A DNA stretch of 63,933 nt, filler included, from Choristocarpus tenellus KU-1152 (Eukaryota; Protista; Phaeophyceae), in the NCBI GenBank assembly GCA_964200185.2. It is 13 parts of 13 records of this genome, joined end to end, with 100 filler letters (N's around TTAATTAATTAA, not from the genome) between each part and the next. Parts side by side here need not be neighbours in the genome. Positions count along the whole stretch, not along the records: positions 61,310 to 63,933 come from CAXNAD020026183.1; 12 more parts are not named here. One strand, given 5' to 3'. The position numbers were made by a program, and so were the translations under genes. Below the pieces are notes generated by a model. That model was not told the DNA's origin, did no database searches, and worked only from the letters and a program-made list of their open reading frames with translations. Shown piece after piece: positions 61,753 through 63,933 of the stretch (position 1 is the first letter of the stretch; the number at the start of each line of letters is the position of its first letter).

Positions 61753-63329
61753 CGCTTTCTCACTAAGATCATCACCTATCTTGGGAACAGGCAAAGAGCA
61801 GTCCTGGACCATATACACAACACATGTATCCTCAAAATGCACGTTAGCACATTTGTTGTTTTCCACTATATTGTAATTGTTTGATGTTTTGTATCATACG
61901 TCTTCATGAAAGTTCTCACCTTGAAGTTGACCTTCTTGTTGCGATGGTCCCTGGTATTCATTAAAAGTGTGTATTGCGGTCTCTCTTACTCCTGAGAAAG
62001 AACAAATCGTGGGCAGTGATTTATTGAAGTACTTTGACAGCCAATAATTTTTTGACTAGTGGTTGTAGCACACGAGCTCTAGCAATTATTCCAGAACTTT
62101 GTACTTTTTGGTGGTATCTTACTTCACTTCTCATCTATCTTCTTCGAAGTGCATGGGACATCTTGTTTGTTCTCATTATCTTCATAACACACTACAACTC
62201 ACCCACACTCCAATTTTTCCCCATCGATCTACTCTTCATCCATTCACGCCCATACCACCACAGAAGCCGACCCAGCGTTTAGAAGTCATCAACCAAGTGG
62301 AGCTCCAAAGGTGTGCAATTTGACCGGGAAGGTGTGGTACGATTCAACCTCAATACTATCATGTACAAGGAGGACGGTAAAGAAGGAGACCTCATAGACG
62401 GAGAGGGGCCAGACTGAGTAATCTAAAACTCTGAACACGTGTACAAAGGGGGTGAGAGTGATGACAATGACGATGGCAACGATGATGGGGATAGGGATGG
62501 CGATGGCGTCGATTGTGACGGTGGTGTCATGTAGGTTCAGGAGGGAGAGAATCTGGAGAGAGGTGGTGATGAGGGAAGTGAGGAGCCAAGTACAACCTTT
62601 TGCGTTCTTCCTTGGAAAGACCGCCACTTCAAGATTTGCTAGGTCGTTCTCAAATCCAAATACTCGCCCTTGGCAAGGAGTGGAGTTGGAGATGACTTGG
62701 CTAAGCTCAGCTGTCGATGCTAAGAGCGATAAACCCATAAATGTGTTACAGGGAGCAGTCCTGTATGGCGGTTCACACACCCTTCTTGGAAGCTGTACTA
62801 CTATAAGATTCGGATGACAATGAGCTATTGATTTATTGGCTTTTTATTCCTATATCTTGTCGTTTCTTATTTCAGTCCTACATCAGAGGCAAGCCACACT
62901 TACTCAGTCTCAAATATTGTGAACCAAAAACTAAAGGATAATTGAAGGTGAAGGCTCAACATAACTGGTGACTGATCACCTGGACATCTTCTTCTTCTGC
63001 CTGCGATATGACGCATTGGGGCCATCATCAAGCCACACTAGGTGAGTCAGCTCGGTTTGCAACATACGAATGGATCCTCTACTCGAGACTACTACTTGAG
63101 TCTAACACTTGGACAGAGAAAAGATAAGGAAGAGGAGCGGGACGCTAAGATAGAAGGGCACAAGGGACGCAAAAATAAGGTACCTAAGCCCACCCGAGGT
63201 CATGATCTTGACACAAGCTGGAGTCAAAGTAACCACGAGGTACGTAGAGTTGCATTTTAAGGACGCTGACAAGTATGTGCAAAGTTTGACTCTTTTTACA
63301 AGTGGGTATAGGATATTTTCTTAGTTCTG

Positions 63330-63500
63330 TCGAAAAGTCTCAAATGATAAAGAAATCAACGCTCTCAAGTCAAACTTAGCACTTCATCTATAAAAATATG
63401 GGTGAATTGCAAAGGATTGAAAAATTCGTTTAAAATGGAAAACGGCCAAAACCTGGGCACCTCTCGTTTACTATGGCTCACTGGGAGTGTGCCAGCAGAG
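63330..63500 (+). repeat. Dispersed repeat shared with about 23700-23880
   Basis: GGAAAACGGCCAAAACCT(A/G)GG(T/C)ACCTCTCGTTT block present at both sites. Confidence 0.55.
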
Positions 63501-63933
63501 TGGTTGGCAACATGCGTCAAACTCCACAACAAGCTAGTACTTCGCATTTTGGAGGCGATCAAGGAGGTCCAGGAGAGCAACCGAAATTGAGAACCATGAA
63601 GAAACAGACTGCAAGGGTCTAATACTAATGAAAAAGAAAATACTCTATCCCTTGCACTGCTTGCTGCCTGGAATTGTAGACAAGAAGTAGTAAGCAAAGG
63701 ACGTCAGGGCTTTCACGAGAGATCCCTATCGCTTCTACTGCTAGTATTCCCCACTACTCTTACATTTATCAGATACACCCCCCCCTATGTTCCCTGGAAA
63801 TTAGTAGTCCTTGTTCACTTTGGTAACATATGCTATCTTTCAAGCAGTATGGTGTTAAATTATCCCCAAATCATCAAAGAGGGTAAAGGTGATAAACCCG
63901 GGGAGATTGCTTGGTGTCTGTAGAGTGATTGAG

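Noticed and set aside
62289-62817. Overlapping ORFs of 163 aa and 121 aa
   Set aside because: Driven by GAT/GGC-type low-complexity repeats; no recognisable protein.

Overview
Eukaryotic nuclear DNA, most likely a brown alga or close stramenopile relative. That assignment is inferred from an EsV-1-7 motif, a CRE-type retroelement of the kind common in Ectocarpus, TTAGGG-type telomeric motifs and spliceosomal introns. The window is not one contiguous locus: 13 short contigs are joined by twelve artificial 100-bp linkers (N44-TTAATTAATTAA-N44), so no synteny can be inferred across linkers. Recognisable host genes are partial: two exons of an MgtE magnesium transporter (GC-AG intron), the last two exons of ubiquitin-activating enzyme E1, an LRR exon, an EsV-1-7-motif protein, a possible divergent MCM-like gene and an orphan multi-exon gene. 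One apparently complete F-box-like/ankyrin-like (GCPWD) repeat gene is present, along with tRNA-Ser(AGA) and tRNA-Arg(ACG). Most of the rest is transposon debris: a Ty3/Gypsy pol, an LTR family with a tRNA-Gln primer-binding site, mariner, hAT, CRE and LINE fragments, and several MITE families. The most striking signal is at about 42.1-43.1 kb: four same-orientation copies of a short Helentron-like hairpin repeat are separated by unrelated AT-rich spacers, one of which is a frameshifted fragment of a bacterial (Rickettsiales-like) trhO/yceA gene. All protein family assignments come from recalled motifs, not from database searches.
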